64,000 nt of DNA from Phoronis australis (lineage: Eukaryota; Animalia; Phoronida): assembly GCA_002633005.1 (NCBI GenBank), contig NMRA01000054.1, forward strand, positions 85,006 to 149,005, read 5' to 3'. The notes beneath the pieces were generated by a model, which saw only the letters and a program-made list of their open reading frames with translations, had not been told where the DNA came from and made no database searches. How positions within the stretch are numbered: the first letter of the stretch is position 1; every line of letters begins with the position of its first letter. Shown one piece after another: positions 47,399 to 60,930 of the stretch. A program made the translations under genes and the position numbers.

Positions 47399-47606
47399 CA
47401 CATCGGACTAAGAAGGAAAGTCAGGTTAAAGGCCACGAAAAATCCGACTTCAATGGGTGTTCTAGGGACCAAATGAAGTTGAACAATATTGTTTCTGTGA
47501 TCGGATTCTCACCCACAAAATCATTCTATTTCAGTTTCAATTTTACGTCTCTAAAGATCAAAAAAAAATATCAATGATCATAGGCGGATTTAGGGGGGGG
47601 GGGGCA

Positions 47607-47790
47607 NNNNNNNNNNNNNNNNNNNNNNNNNNNNNNNNNNNNNNNNNNNNNNNNNNNNNNNNNNNNNNNNNNNNNNNNNNNNNNNNNNNNNNNNNNNNNN
47701 NNNNNNNNNNNNNNNNNNNNNNNNNNNNNNNNNNNNNNNNNNNNNNNNNNNNNNNNNNNNNNNNNNNNNNNNNNNNNNNNNNNNNNNNNN
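47607..47790. other. Assembly gap (184 N)
   Basis: Run of N directly after a G-rich MITE end. Confidence 0.99.
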
Positions 47791-48134
47791 TAAAGAGAAT
47801 GGAACCTGAGTGACGATGAAAAAACAGAAGCTGCTGGTAAGATGTGAATTTTAATCGAAGCCTTAGTGAATCACTCAGAAACTCGCAATACTCTCTTTGT
47901 CAAACCTTAACTTAAGACGATTTCCAAAGCAATCCCGTCATTATTGCCAACACGAAAAACGGATTTGGTCTTTTGGGCATTTGAAGACTATTTTAAATAC
48001 GACAAATTTGTTAAGAATTTATGGCACAAAATATAAAACGTATAATAAGCATTACGAAAAGAAGTAGGTTTCGCGCGCAAACGCTGTGGACCATAAACGA
48101 GTAGGTCTTTTAGTATGAGGTTACTAGTTAAATC

Positions 48135-48200
48135 GTGGTGGTGTAGTGGTAACGCACGCGCATTCTAACCGCCAGGTCGTGAGTTCAAGTCTTCGGTACG
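48135..48200 (+). mobile_element. tRNA-derived SINE-like head or pseudo-tRNA
   Basis: A box TGGTGTAGTGG, B box GAGTTCAAGTC, followed by T-rich sequence. Confidence 0.45.
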
Positions 48201-49229
48201 TTCAGTTTTCCTTTTTGACACGTTCTCCGTTTTTTTTTCTTGAATAATACTTCAGGAATCAAGGAAAATGCTTGATTTTTAGAGGTAAAAACAGAAAAAT
48301 TTCCTCCCCCCCATTCGGTGCTATGCGCATCTACAATCGTGGTTCAGTTTGCGCAAATGCTTACAGCCGGACAAAATGTTGGGCCCCCCCTTGTGATATC
48401 CTAGATCCGCCACTGATGATTCTGGGTCTAATACCAGAAGTCAAACTTTATTTTTGATGTTTTCTGCTATAACTAAAGATAAGTGTTAAGACCCTTTAAT
48501 GCTGTGCTCAAGTATTTAATGATTTTCTTGGATGATTTTCTAAAAATCCCAGTTTGCACTTGATGATCCTGACATTAAAGCTATGAGTTTTTGCTTGAAA
48601 TCCCGTGTTGTTACCAATATTAGTTCCTAGATACTACACAGTAGCCTACACACGGCATCTCGATGAACATGGTTCATCAGCAAGATGGCGGACCACTCCG
48701 CTCAACGAAAACCACTTGATGTCAACTCTAGCTATATTTATCTCATTGAACTAGAGTGCGTTCTCACGTCTATGGAACGCTTTCCCAACATTGATGAAGA
48801 ACCAAGTCAATGCCTGTCCCGGCGTTCACGTGATGTGAACATCACGTTTGCACAGTCGACCCATTCTTTGTGAGTGTCTTGGAGATTAAGCACGATATAT
48901 TACACACTAGACCGTCGTATGCTGTCCAAAACCGGCCGTGCTTTCCTAGGTTGTTTCCCAGCCGGTGTTACCAAAGAATTCCCTGGGGACTGTTTCATGA
49001 AAAGTGACACAAGACGTTTGAATATGTTTCAGTTAAGACAGGAAAACGAGATAAATTATGATCAAAGACGAAAATTTAAGAAAGATCGTTTCATTATTGG
49101 TATTTATTAACACTGAGAAATTTAGTCGGGTTTGGACAAAGGTGAACATACAAACAACATTTTCGCCACCTGTTACGAATTCAGGAAAGTAAGCGAGGCG
49201 TTGTGTGAAATACGGCTCCAGCATAACCT

Positions 49230-52200
49230 TGTCATTAGAACTCTAAATGGGGATTACAAAAAAGAACTAAAACCCAAAACTGGACTTTTATTTCAGCTGA
49301 GCGACGTTGCGTCATCATCGCGAGGACTTTCAATAGCTAATACCGTGGTGGCGTTCGGCGTATACGTGTAATGATGATACGCAGCCCGCGATCCCATGCC
49401 TTTTGGAAAGTTGGAATCTCTAATCGGCATTCAACCTGTTCATACATGGGCTTCATAACCCCACGTTTGAACCAGTTTTACTCACGATCCAAAATGCGAA
49501 CATCACTGGTGTCAAATGAATGTCCTGCAGTCTTGACACGAGATACTTTTGAAAGACTCCTTGGTTCCATCCAGGTAGAGATCAGTGCATCCCGTGTCCT
49601 CCCACATAATACCATAAACCACATTGGAGGCTTTTCCCTGGGAACTTGTCTTTCACCCGGACCCACTTGGTACCTGAGAGAGCTGATGGGTTTTGTCAAG
49701 AATGACTTCTTGATGATTTTATCTATTCTGAGAATTGTGCCTTATTTGGGCCCAACTACACGTTTAAAACTATTGGTTAGTTTAACTCCTCCTACTCATA
49801 CCATGTGATTACTACACGTGGCTGCATGACGTCAACAGATGTAAAAAGGAAACGATTAATATATAAGCAGCATTCGGCGCAAATACCACTAGAATTCAAT
49901 CTACACGGGTAACATCAATCAGCCTGCACTCAAGGGATGGGCCGATTGAGAATTCTACACTCATCGTTCCAAGAATCCTCACTCCTATGAGAAATTACGT
50001 ACCGCCCACGGTGACAGCACAACTAGACCTGGCCAAACACGTGAGCAGTTCGGCATTCGACATTGACATCCTGATCGGCGCTGATTTCTACTGGACCATT
50101 GTGTGCGACCACGTCATTCGCGACGACGGACCAATGGCCGTCCAAACCAAATTTGGATACATGATTTCCGGCCCCACCCACTTGCCAAGTCACGTGAATA
50201 CATGCGCCTCCTTCAAGGTTATGATTGACAGCCCCGATGACATCACAACTGGGAGTTGGAAACTATTGGAATCGACGACCCCACATCATGCGACACAAAA
50301 TTTGTCATCATTCGACAGTTACCGAGAAACGCTACAACGCGATGACGTCACGGGACAGTACATCGCGACCCTACCATGGAAACAAGACCACGAACCCTTG
50401 CCAACCAATTACGCACTGGCAAACCACAGAACTCGCGCTATGGTCAAACGGCTCACACCTGAGAATTTACAGCATTATGACAACATAATATGAGAACAAC
50501 TACAACGCAAATTCATTGAAGAAGTCCACAACGACAATCCAACCACAAGTCATTATTTAACACATCACCTGTACAAAAGGACTCAACCACAACACATATC
50601 CGGATAGTATACGACTGCAGGGCAACCCAGTCTCAACCAATACCTGGACACAGGTTAATGTCTGCTTGGAGACCTCGCATCTATTCCCCTACGCTTCCGA
50701 GTACACGAAACAGGCACTTCAAGCGACATTGAAAAGGCATTTCTCAACGTTTAGTTAGCTCAGCAGGACCGAAATTACACCAAATTTCTCTGGCTGTCCA
50801 ATCCACACGATCGGAACAGCGACTTCAAAGTTCTACGCTTCTCCTCTGTACTGTTTGGATCATCGTCCTCACCGTTCATTCTAAACTCGGTGCTATAACA
50901 TCATTGAATACAAATCATCATTCATCAACGTGACTAATGATATTTATGTTGACAATATTGTACGCAGCATGCCCCGAGGCAATGCAAACCAATACTACAC
51001 AGCAATCAACGAGTTACTTGATACAGCTGGCTTCCATTTATTTACTTAACATTTGCATGTATCATGTATTCTTATGTAAACGATGTAGTTAGCCTCCTAT
51101 ATTACCTAGTTTAACGTTCATTGTACCTAACCGTATCACACTTGTGTTTGTTAACATTTTTCTGGCGGCGGAGTGTCAAGAATGACTTCTTGATTATTTT
51201 ATCTATTCTGAGAATTGTGCCTTATTTGGGCCCACCTACATGTTTAATACTATTGGTTAGTTTAACTCCTCCTACTCGTACCACGTGATTACTACACGTG
51301 GCTGCATGACTGTATTATTATATTGTAGTTTCTGTGCAAATAAAATCAGTTGTTCTTTTAACCTTACACGAACCAGTTATCACTTTTGCTCTACCAATTC
51401 ATTCCACACAGGTTTGAAAGCTGTGGCAATGTCAACCCTTTTTAAGTGAAACTTAATTTTGTTCCAGATTTCGTGGGTTGATATGCTCGGTGAAAAGCCC
51501 AGTCGAGTTCCTCCGTCTGTTCCCGTGAATTAGCCCTGAAATCTAATGCACAAATAACCCAAGTTTGTGGATCACAGGGTGGTTTGAGTCGAACTGAAGG
51601 CAGTGGTCCTCATGGCTGGGTTTACTGTAGACTGTGGTTGAGAACCTCCCCTCTTGAAGCTAACGAGACAGTGTAGGAAATGTAGGAGTGAGTTGTCCTT
51701 GCTGTATTCTTGTGTAAACTTAATGTTGGGGTCTGTCTGATTGATGAAATGCAAAAATTTTCTCAACTCTGATTTCTTGAGCATTACGAATGTGTCATCG
51801 ACGTCCCTCAAAACTTGGAAGAGTACCATGTCGTAGCTCTCCAGAGCTTTCCGTTAAAGTTCTCCATATGGGAGCACAACCGTGAAGTTGTAAGTAATTG
51901 CTCATTGAAAGAGAAGTAATCAGTCTTGAGACACGTAGTTTACATAATATTATCAACTGACAGGGTGATCCTGTCAGATAGAACGAGTACCATCCAGATG
52001 TAGGGCTCTCTTCACACAGACCAGATTATCAACTGGAGGGACGCTACTAAACATAGCACAGACATCGTATGAAGTAACACTTCAGTCTTATTCAACGGTA
52101 AAGTTTCTAATCTTACTCACAAGTGTTCAGTATGTGATGTTCTGTATTACTAACAATAAGGTGGCCGGGAGATGATACTAACGATATTTCTGGATAAGTT

Positions 52201-52450
52201 GTAAGACACGTACCCTATCGCAGTTAACAATAGATCTAACAGGAATAGGTTCCGGTCGATAAATCTTTGATAAACCATAGAAAGCGGGTATATCGTGGGT
52301 TCAGTAGGTCTAAATTTAGAGGTGTCAGAGATGGTACCTGATTTATGCAATACACCGATAATGTTCATAGACTTCTTCCTGAAGCTTAGTGTAGGGTTGT
52401 AAGTCACGTTTTGACACTTTTTGGCTCAATAAGAAGGTTGCCATATTTTA
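49230..52450 (-). mobile_element. Decayed Penelope-like element interrupted by the BEL insertion
   Basis: RT motifs SYDVCAMFSSVP, DVDDTFVMLK, IKFTQE; endonuclease-end GHSFDTSDVRILDRE. The sequence reads across the 49694-51410 insert. Confidence 0.75.
49694..51410 (+). mobile_element. Internally deleted BEL/Pao LTR retrotransposon
   Basis: TG...CA ends and 5-bp TSD GGTTT on both sides. Truncated 5' LTR 49694-49830, 3' LTR 51174-51410 preceded by PPT TGGCGGCGGAG. Pao motifs IDILIGADFYW, TKFGYMISGP, LPWK and SDIEKAFL. Confidence 0.92.
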
Positions 52451-52454
52451 CATG

Positions 52455-53090
52455 TCCACTGGGAACTACGACAGAATAACCTATATATGCCCCAAACTAG
52501 GGGTTATTCGCATATTGGAATACAGGGCTAATAATGTTCCCAATTTACATGAACAGACTGCTAAGGAGCTTGAGTACAATAGAAAAAAGTTGAGTAGATG
52601 TGGTTTCCCACCTTGTTCTTTTCCCAGAGTCAATCACCCAAGTAGTCTTCAATGTCTATTAAACGTACACAAAACATCAGGTTTACTAACCCCTCCATAT
52701 CCGGGGTCTCGGACAGAATTAAGTTTCACTTGAGAAGGTTTGACATTGCCACGGCTTTCAACCTCATCAATTCTCTCAGGAGCCAAACTGGTCCGGGTGA
52801 AAGACAAGGTTCTTCAATGAGGTTCATGACATTAATTATGTGTACCTGAAACCATTTTACATCGTGAGGAAAACTGGCTCAAACGTGGATGAATCCACAT
52901 ACGAACGGGTTGAATGCCCCTCCTTGAATCAACAAGGCGGATCAAGATTCCAACTTTACAAGACGAACGCCACCTAGGCATTAGCTAGTGAAAGTCCTCT
53001 CGCGATGAGGACGCAACGTCGCTCAGTTGAAATGTAAGTCCAGTATTGAGTTTTAGTTCCTTTCTATATTTATCGACTGGATGTCTAATA
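52455..53090 (+). mobile_element. Inverted partner copy of the Penelope-like element
   Basis: 52710-52810 and 52985-53065 are reverse-complement matches to the minus copy (51411-51470 plus 49640-49690, and 49255-49335). Confidence 0.7.
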
Positions 53091-53295
53091 TTCACCAATT
53101 GATTCCAAATGGGGATCATTTAACACCATTTTCGATACAATTGGGATCTTGCGTACGCACGAAAACCCTCGTATGACTGCAAGATATCACTTCGCATGTG
53201 CAGGTTGGCAGCACTGCATTGTCTTTATGAGACTACGCAGCTTTGCCGCTCCAGTTAAATCGAAAGTATACGATCTTCTATTTGACGTTATTCAG

Positions 53296-55976
53296 CAGAG
53301 GCGGATCTACGGGGGGGGTTCAGGGGGTTTAAACCCCCCCTTGGGCCAGGACCCAAAATTAAAAAAAAACAAAAACGTCGTCACCAAAACAAAAACGACA
53401 CCACCAGCGTGTGTAAACCCCAAGTAAACCAACTTGGAAAAAAATGAGGGGGGGGGGGTTCACTCTGAAAAAAATAAATTTTTGAATTGCAAATTGCTGT
53501 TATGAAAATCAACGCATTTTGAGTCTTCGTGGATCATCGGCAAAACGCGCGGAGATCAATTGTGGGCGCGCTTCCGTCGACACTTCTGAAGTTGCCAAGC
53601 ATTTTAGATGGATTCACCGCTGAAAGAGCAGCTCTATAGCTGATTTCTTTAGATAACTAGCTTCTTTACTCTAAGATATAATTTGATTTGATTAGGGGAA
53701 ATACTGTGGTGCCGCAACCCTGATATTCAGGCAAATTGACGTGCAACGTTTTTACCTCATCTGTCATTCCATTATACCCTACACGTTTGTAACTCGAATT
53801 TGACTGGTGTATAGTAAAGTTGTCTTGCGCAATACATACAGTGTAGCCTACATGTACATGTAGTATTTTTGAAAAGAACTCGTTTTCCGAAGAATTACTA
53901 TTGTCGCGGGCGCCGTGGTCTGGTCGCGGAACCGTTTGAAGATGCACTCTAACAAGCTATGTCTATACAAAAAATGACCAAGGGGGCACTCACATTGACA
54001 AAGTGACCGCATTCGCGAACAGTGTACAGTACCAGAAATTGCGGGGAGGCTGTATTTTTACAGCAAAGTCTTGAGGGACTCGTGCGATGTTCAATAGGCC
54101 TCCTAAGGAGCTCTAGTTCCGACCTCAATACCTACCGTCTTTCTACCTGCAATAAGCACCACTGCTGTCTTCTATACTGGCAATTTCCGCAGAAATTCCC
54201 ACCCGATGAAACGCCCATGACCATGGGCATTTATTTGATGTTAGTACTTGGGGTTTCAAGCGTTCAGACATTGGGACGTTTATTCCGAAAATGGCAAGAG
54301 ATGCAAATAGGTCCTGGGATACATCGACTAGGTTTGAAGTAGTTCATGATGAACGGATCAAATTTAGTTGCGCATGTAAGTCTTTTGAATGGACTTGGCA
54401 ACCTCAGGGGGTTTCATAGTGCCAATTGAGCTGCCAAACGACATTGTAGAGGCTTACAAGCTCATTGACACAGCAGTTGACGAAGTGCAAGCGTTGGGAA
54501 CAAACATCAAAGATGCCTGGGTAGAATGGTTCCAAGACGAGCAAACCATTGGATCCCGCGATATACAGATTCCTCGGCAGTCCAGACAACAGCAGAATAG
54601 GACTAACGTTCCTGGATACATACCCACGTAATAAGATATAATTCTACACAGTTTGTACATAATGTCGGTTTTTATGCTTGTATACAATGAAAACGAAATA
54701 GAAATTATTTTTGGTCATGCCAAATTTACCCAATACAGCAGAGGGTCTACGAGTGCACAAAAACTGATTCTGGTTTGTATTTCCACTTGGCTCTGTCTGC
54801 TTCATATCCAAAATTAATTTCACGTAGTGCGTAGTTAAATTTGTACTCAATACTTGTTTCTTCCAGTGAGTATTACAGAACGGTGCGAAAACCCTTCCTA
54901 GACAACCTCTCGCAGCAGTTGACGACCAAATGTATAAAATACACGTACATGTATGAGCAACCACTGGGAATTTAAAAGTGTCTAGAGAGAGGTTTTCAAT
55001 TCAAAAGTTTTTGCATAGTACGCTTTAGGTCTCGCGAACTAGTCTTGTGATGTTTTTTTACCAAAGTGTGCTTTGTAAAACTATTCATCTCAGCCAGAAC
55101 TGTTTGGTCCCGCGACAGATCGACTATTTTTCTAGGGATAATAAGCACAGGTGTACTTTTGGTCTCGTGATGGACCAGGCGTTTTTGTGTACTCTCAGTG
55201 TACATCTGGTCCCTCTGCGAACTGGTCCTGATTATCTTTTCACCACGATGTACAGAATGTTTTGGTTTCGTGAAACTGTTTTCATATGATTCGTTTCCAA
55301 ATACATTTGACGTTTTTCAATTGTTGTCAACGTGATTCAGCTTAATAAAGTGATACTTAATTGTTTATTGTCGCTTTTAGTAATATACTATGTGTTGAGA
55401 GCACCATCGTTTGCCAGTTTTTCTCATAACGAGACAGAACACATGTTTATTTCGAGACTAACAGTACAGGTCTTTGTTCTTAAACAACTTGAGGCTGCTG
55501 TTACGCGATCATCTGATATTCAATTTTTTACTCCCCGTCGGTGCTTCTTATGCTCTTGAATATTTGGTAGTTGGCTAAACCCACACACACACCACACCTT
55601 TTCATATACGACTTTTCGCATGCTAAAAAGGTGTGTATAAGCAGATGTTCCAACAAAAATTTTTGCTGGTGGCGCGACTCATACCCAGATGTGCACAAAT
55701 ATGGTTTCACGAAACTTATGAGCCACGTTCATGCGACGAAATCGAGAAGGATTTTAAATTATCTTAAGAAAAACTCAAGAGACATGTTAAGTGCCAGAAA
55801 CTTACCAGGATGCATGGAAATTTCACTATTTGGCTACAAAAACAAAAAATTGTTTTACACGGAGGGGGGGAAACCCCCCCTCCCGACCCCCCCCCCTCTC
55901 GGCGCCACGCGCCCAGGATTCGACCTTTGCGGGAATCCTAAACCCCCCCCTTACTGAAAACGTAGATCCGCCCCTG
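53296..55976. mobile_element. hAT5-like TIR element of 2.7 kb with internal unique sequence
   Basis: TTCAG|CAGAGGCGGATCTACG...CGTAGATCCGCCCCTG|TTCAG: 16-bp TIR with one mismatch and a perfect 5-bp TSD. Confidence 0.65.
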
Positions 55977-56269
55977 TTCAGTGACATTAGAATGTTAAAA
56001 TATCAACGGAATTTGATTCTCAACAGTTAACAGTCCTATATTTTCGTCATTTAGACCGCAAAAAAGTACAGTCTTAAGCCTACTCCGTAACAGGCAAACT
56101 TTCAGTCTTATCTTAGACCGTTGGTCTTAAGTTAGATCGATTTTAGTCTAAATTAAGACAAAAAAGCTTCATCGAAAGAGCCACATTTACATTCCGCCAA
56201 GTGATCGTGTATTCAAAGAAAATTTCCACATATGTCTAGAGCACATTTTCTTGTAAAAATATTGAAGAG

Positions 56270-56700
56270 TATAGTTTGGTAGCAGCCCTTCGTTTACACA
56301 AACTTTGTTGAAAATACGACTGAACTTTTTGTTTGAAAGCTTGTTGCTGATTCGCTCGTAGTATCAAAACAATCTCCTCTCTTCAGGTGTGCAGCTATGT
56401 AGTCAAACACCGAGAGACGTAACAAACAAACAAATTAAAACACAAGCTATATTTCGAGATCGTGTGCCTCATCATCGGGCACTACGAGCGAATCAGTATC
56501 AAGTATTCAAACAAAAAGCTTAATCCTATTTTCAACGAAATATTGAGCACTACAGCTTTTACTTGTTTTAAAAGAAACCTGTTCAATCGCAAAGTATTTA
56601 CCGCAATAATGTCCGATTCAAACGGTTCCCGCGTCGATATGTTACTGCTAAAAACGTCAACGGAGTTTTGAAGTTGTTGTTTTGGTTTGAATTTTTTTTT
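56270..56700 (-). mobile_element. Penelope-like pseudo-LTR fragment related to 13860-15195
   Basis: GCCCTTCGTT...AAACTTTGTTGAAAA...CAAAACAATCTCCT shared with 13870-13980; hammerhead-like remnant at 56446-56480. Confidence 0.6.
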
Positions 56701-56951
56701 CAGACAGCATAACAAAAATAAGATTCTCGAATATCATTACCATTATTATTATATTATTATTATTAGTATTAGTATTATTATTCACTGCTTCATACAATAA
56801 GTAAGGCATAAATAATTTCCAAATTACAGTTTTGTTGTTCCGCAAAGTTATCTCCCCAATCTATGAACTGTAAGGTACTCCGTGCTATTTTTTAATGAAA
56901 ATGAAACTAGATGTGTTCATTGTTATCAAAATCGTAATGTAATTTGAATGA

Positions 56952-59917
56952 TCAACTGCTCCCGCCGCTGGAGTCTACACCGTAAAATTCGTCGGCACGA
57001 ACAAAGTCTTCCAGGCCAGTCTGGCGCACCACGGTAGTAGAACTTGAAGACGACGCAGTCCTTTCAACAACAGTTTGCGACTGGGTTCGGCGATCGTCTT
57101 CTCCGACACTGGATATTCGGTTCATGTAGTCCGTTCCATGTAGCGAGTCTAAGAAGACTTGATATGTGGTGTTGTCGTTTGGATCCAAGTCATCGCTTAC
57201 CTCGCGCAGGGACAGATTCTGTACTGATGGTGAAGTGTCTCCCGAAATTGTTTCCATAATGAGTTCCCTTGTTTTTTCGGGTTCGGGAAAATTTGACAAA
57301 TTGAAATCTCCAACAATAGCAGTACTAAGGGCTTCACCTTGTTGAATTACCTCTAGTTGACTGTGGGGTTGCGTATTCTGCAACTTCCCTCGAATAGTCC
57401 CAGTGCTGACCGTGGCGTTGTCTCCGGTTACCCACCACGGCTGACTACCAGCAATTGTCGACGGGGTAAAGGATGGCTCGGCAGTTAGTGTGTAGAAATC
57501 CTTTAGTGACTCGGCACTTCTGGACGTTATAACAGGCGTAGAAGAAGCATCTGACAGCACGCTGTCAATGTCAGCCAACAATTCCAAGTCTGGATCTACA
57601 CTAGGCAGGACCGGTGAAGCACGAGCTTTGTCTGCATCCGCGAGTCGTTTTGCTAAGAACGACTTCTTCATGTTAATCGAAGACTTTGATTTAACACTTT
57701 GGGAATGTTGCGATACAGGACTTCTATCTCGCACGTCCGTTTTCGTTTTTTCTTCGCCATTCTTACTATTCGCCTTCATTGAAAGCGTAGCATAGTTACC
57801 TCTGCCGCACTCTCTGTCAGTGTAGTAATCGTCGGCTGGAATCTGTCTCGTCAGTTCCGAAGAAAATGTAACAGACTTAGTGGATTCCCCTTTGGAGTTT
57901 TTCTTTTTCGACCGTCGTGGTGCTGGAGCCTCGCGGAAATGATTTTTGTCTCCACTTGACATGCCGACAGACATAACCGAGTTGGGTGTATAGGAGCCAC
58001 TGCCTAGTGAAACCTCGGATGCACTTGTCATCGGTATTTCAACTCGGCGGGTGGACGACAAAGCTAGGGATTTGCTTGTTAATTGACTTCCCATTTGCGT
58101 TTTTTCAGGTACAACAGGCTTATTTGTTTGGTCTACCTTTGTGTCAAGCGGATCGTCAAACCACGTCATTAAGTCATCACGGGCAATAGCAGATGAATTG
58201 CGTGAGGATTGGCTATCTGTCGACTGTCCGTCGAATAAGGCATCGCCATCACATTGAGGCCTGCTCTGGATTGAATCCGATACAGTCCTGGTCGTAGCCT
58301 TGACAGATATTGACGGCGAATCTTCTGTCTGCGGCAATCGCAGTGTCTTAATGCATGCTTGCATTTCTTGAACGAGAGCTCGGTACGCCGAATTACCGGA
58401 GTGTTTCGCCTGTGTTTGCTCACACGAATTGGCCTGATTTTGGTTTTTTCTCGTTTTGTATGCTGCAGAAAGTTTCTTTGAATTTTTTGCATGAGCCAAA
58501 ATTTTCCCCGATACATTTTTCGACTCAACCCCATGCGCTGATTTAAGTGGTGGTGCGCTGTTTTCTCGTTTCCGCCTTGCGCACCTCAGCTCCACAGGGG
58601 CTGACTTTTCAAATTTACCAATGAGAGAAGATATACTGTTTTGGGAACCAGAAGCAGATGCTTCAGTGGCACTTGATGATGTTGATCGCAAGTCACTGAT
58701 CGGAGAGAGATCTGTTCCGTCTCCAATGCGATAGCGATTGTTTTGGTTTTCATTCACTGCAGTTGGTTCGCTGCTACGGGACTCGATTTTCGCCATTCTC
58801 TGAGGAGTTCTTTTTTGACACATTGCAGGCGCAACTATTTCGCGAGTTGTTTGCGTTTCCGCAGGAACGTTGTCAAAGACTATATCGTTGTCACCTCGTT
58901 CCAATCCTGTCATTTCACCAGAAAAGTCCAACTTGGTGCGAACGCCTTTGCGAGACGCATATGCTTTGGACATATTAGTTACATTCACAGGACTTGCCTT
59001 CTCTGATTCCAGTGATTCCAAACGAAATGTGCGTGGCTTAAGTGTCGTGCTACTTTCTTGATGGTTTTCAAGCTGCTCAAAAAGACTTAATCTGGCTGAT
59101 GGTGCCGGTTTTGGCGGTGTTACTTGCTCATCTGCGGAGCTCACTTCGTCTTCGCTGGCCGGTGCTTTTGCCTTTCTGTACGCTTTGACGATAGGCGAAT
59201 GTAAGTCCGCGCGACCCCGAGGACTATGCCATGCGCCTGTAGGGGGTTTTGTCCTGAGGTCGAAGTCAGAATGGTCCTCTCTGTGTTGGTAATATAACCG
59301 TGGTGCACTCTTGAACGTGTACTTAGAGATAGGTCCAGTCTCAGGGTAACTGTCAACTTCCGCTTCTATTTGCTCCGTAAAGAGGCAATTTGTGGGTACG
59401 TTTTCAGCGTATGTTTGGATACCAGGTATGACAGAGGATTTTTTGATACCCTGTGTTTGATTCCCCTGCGGGAGCTGTCCTTGGTCGTCGGGAAAACTCG
59501 AAGAAAGACGCTGATTTGCTCTTCGAGAACCAAAAGGCGGCGTGCTCTTCATATTTTGGTTTGCAACAGCGCTCACCACAGCCGAGGTTTTAGCATCTCG
59601 AGTTGCGTCGCTGTCACGAGGCGCAGGTGACACGACACACGTTTCAGTCGACGACGTGGCACACTGAGCATTACAATTGGCGGTATAATTCAATATTCGC
59701 ACAGGGGTTCCCTGCGTGGATTCGCTAGTCACTTTGAACGTGGACACATCTGTCTCGTCACTACCTGTCCGCTGATTTTGACTCTTGTTCTCGGTTTCGC
59801 CACTAGGTTGGGCCGGTGGAGGCGGGGGAGCATCCAATTTCTTTGTGTCGGCATTGGCATCTTGAACAAGTTGATGGACATCTTTCTGCACAGACCTTAT
59901 TTTGCTGAAAATGCTTC
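56952..59917 (-). CDS. Gene C terminal coding exon (2966 nt)
   Basis: Uninterrupted frame of about 3 kb in AT-rich DNA with acceptor gtgtgttttag|GA AGC. The ORF-track start at 59930 is intronic. Confidence 0.9.
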
Positions 59918-60663
59918 CTAAAACACACAACGGGATATTGCAACATCAAATATGAGGTTCTCAGAAAATTACGATTACTCGGTCGCCACTTATAAGTATG
60001 CTTAAAAGCATACATGTAATTCACGCCGATAAATTATTTGTGCCTCGTGTACATGAAATACGAAGGCGAAGTACATGTATAAAAAATTTATCGCTGGGCA
60101 ATAACGTTCTGAGGAAGCTGCATTGAAACATAAACTACGTTAGGCACTGTCACAAAAAGATGCATTACCTATTTCTTTCACTGTCTCCTTGACCTCCGTA
60201 TCTCCTGTTAAATTTTTCTTTGGGCTTTCAATGTCTGAAAAACAGGCGGATGTTACGAGATAATTCATCGTCAAAGCGAGGGGAGGCTATAATATTCCGG
60301 CAGACGGGGGTCTCACTATTGACATTGTGCTTCTCGTTTTGTGTATAAAGGAAGATGGGATAATTTTTCGTTTCAAATTCTGCTGCAAACTCATAACTTT
60401 ACTTCGTGTAATAACATAAATGTTTAGTAAATGATTAACCATTACACTAACGATTCTTAAACGTGGAAGACTTGAGAATAATGGGGGAGGCTCCTGTGGA
60501 TCCTGTGATACATTCCGTGGACGCGAGAATCTTGCGAAAACTCAATACATCAAGAGATATCCCCATATATTACAGGCGAAATACGTGATCGCGTACAGTA
60601 CGCTACCTCCGCGGGAGGAATTCTGCGTCTACAGAGCTCATAGCTGATGTTGCCATAAGACAA
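56952..60663 (-). CDS. Gene C (5'-incomplete): protein with a very long disordered S/T/Q-rich C-terminus, function unknown
   Basis: Exons 60663-60607 (0-0), 60530-60452 (0-1), 60382-60317 (1-1), 60234-60169 (1-1) and 59917-56952 (1-stop) chain in phase. The 992-codon ORF has no recognisable domain. A further candidate exon lies at about 62458-62544. Confidence 0.65.
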
Positions 60664-60693
60664 CTGTAACGTTTATACTCTGTCGTGTACATC

Positions 60694-60930
60694 ATGCGCG
60701 CACCCAAGGGAGCTCGGGGGGCTCCTTCGAGCCCCCCCCCCATTTGGCGAAGTGGGCAAAAAGGTCCGCCTCGGAGAGACAAAAAGTCCGAGAAAATAAG
60801 CCATAAGTCCATTAAACAGGCGCAAACACGCAATTCACAATTTTAGTTCGCCCGCTTTTTTGTTACCAAAAGGTCCACAAAGTCAGGAATTCGAGCCCCC
60901 CCCCCATATTGAAGGCTGGGTGCGCGCATG
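60694..60930. mobile_element. MITE, family with CATGCGCGCACCCA TIR (copy 2)
   Basis: CATGCGCGCACCCA...TGGGTGCGCGCATG; aligns with 12474-12742. Confidence 0.8.

Noticed and set aside
46319-48415. Inverted CAGTGGCGGATCTAGGATATCAC ends suggesting one 2.1-kb element
   Set aside because: The flanks (TATTA versus ATGAT) give no TSD and an assembly gap lies between them. Two independent MITE ends are as likely.
48685-49224. Short ORFs with splice-like sites upstream of the Penelope element
   Set aside because: I could not chain them into a consistent frame or recognise a domain.
57044-59630. Many short ORFs overlapping the 992-aa ORF
   Set aside because: Antisense or alternate-frame by-products of one long coding exon.
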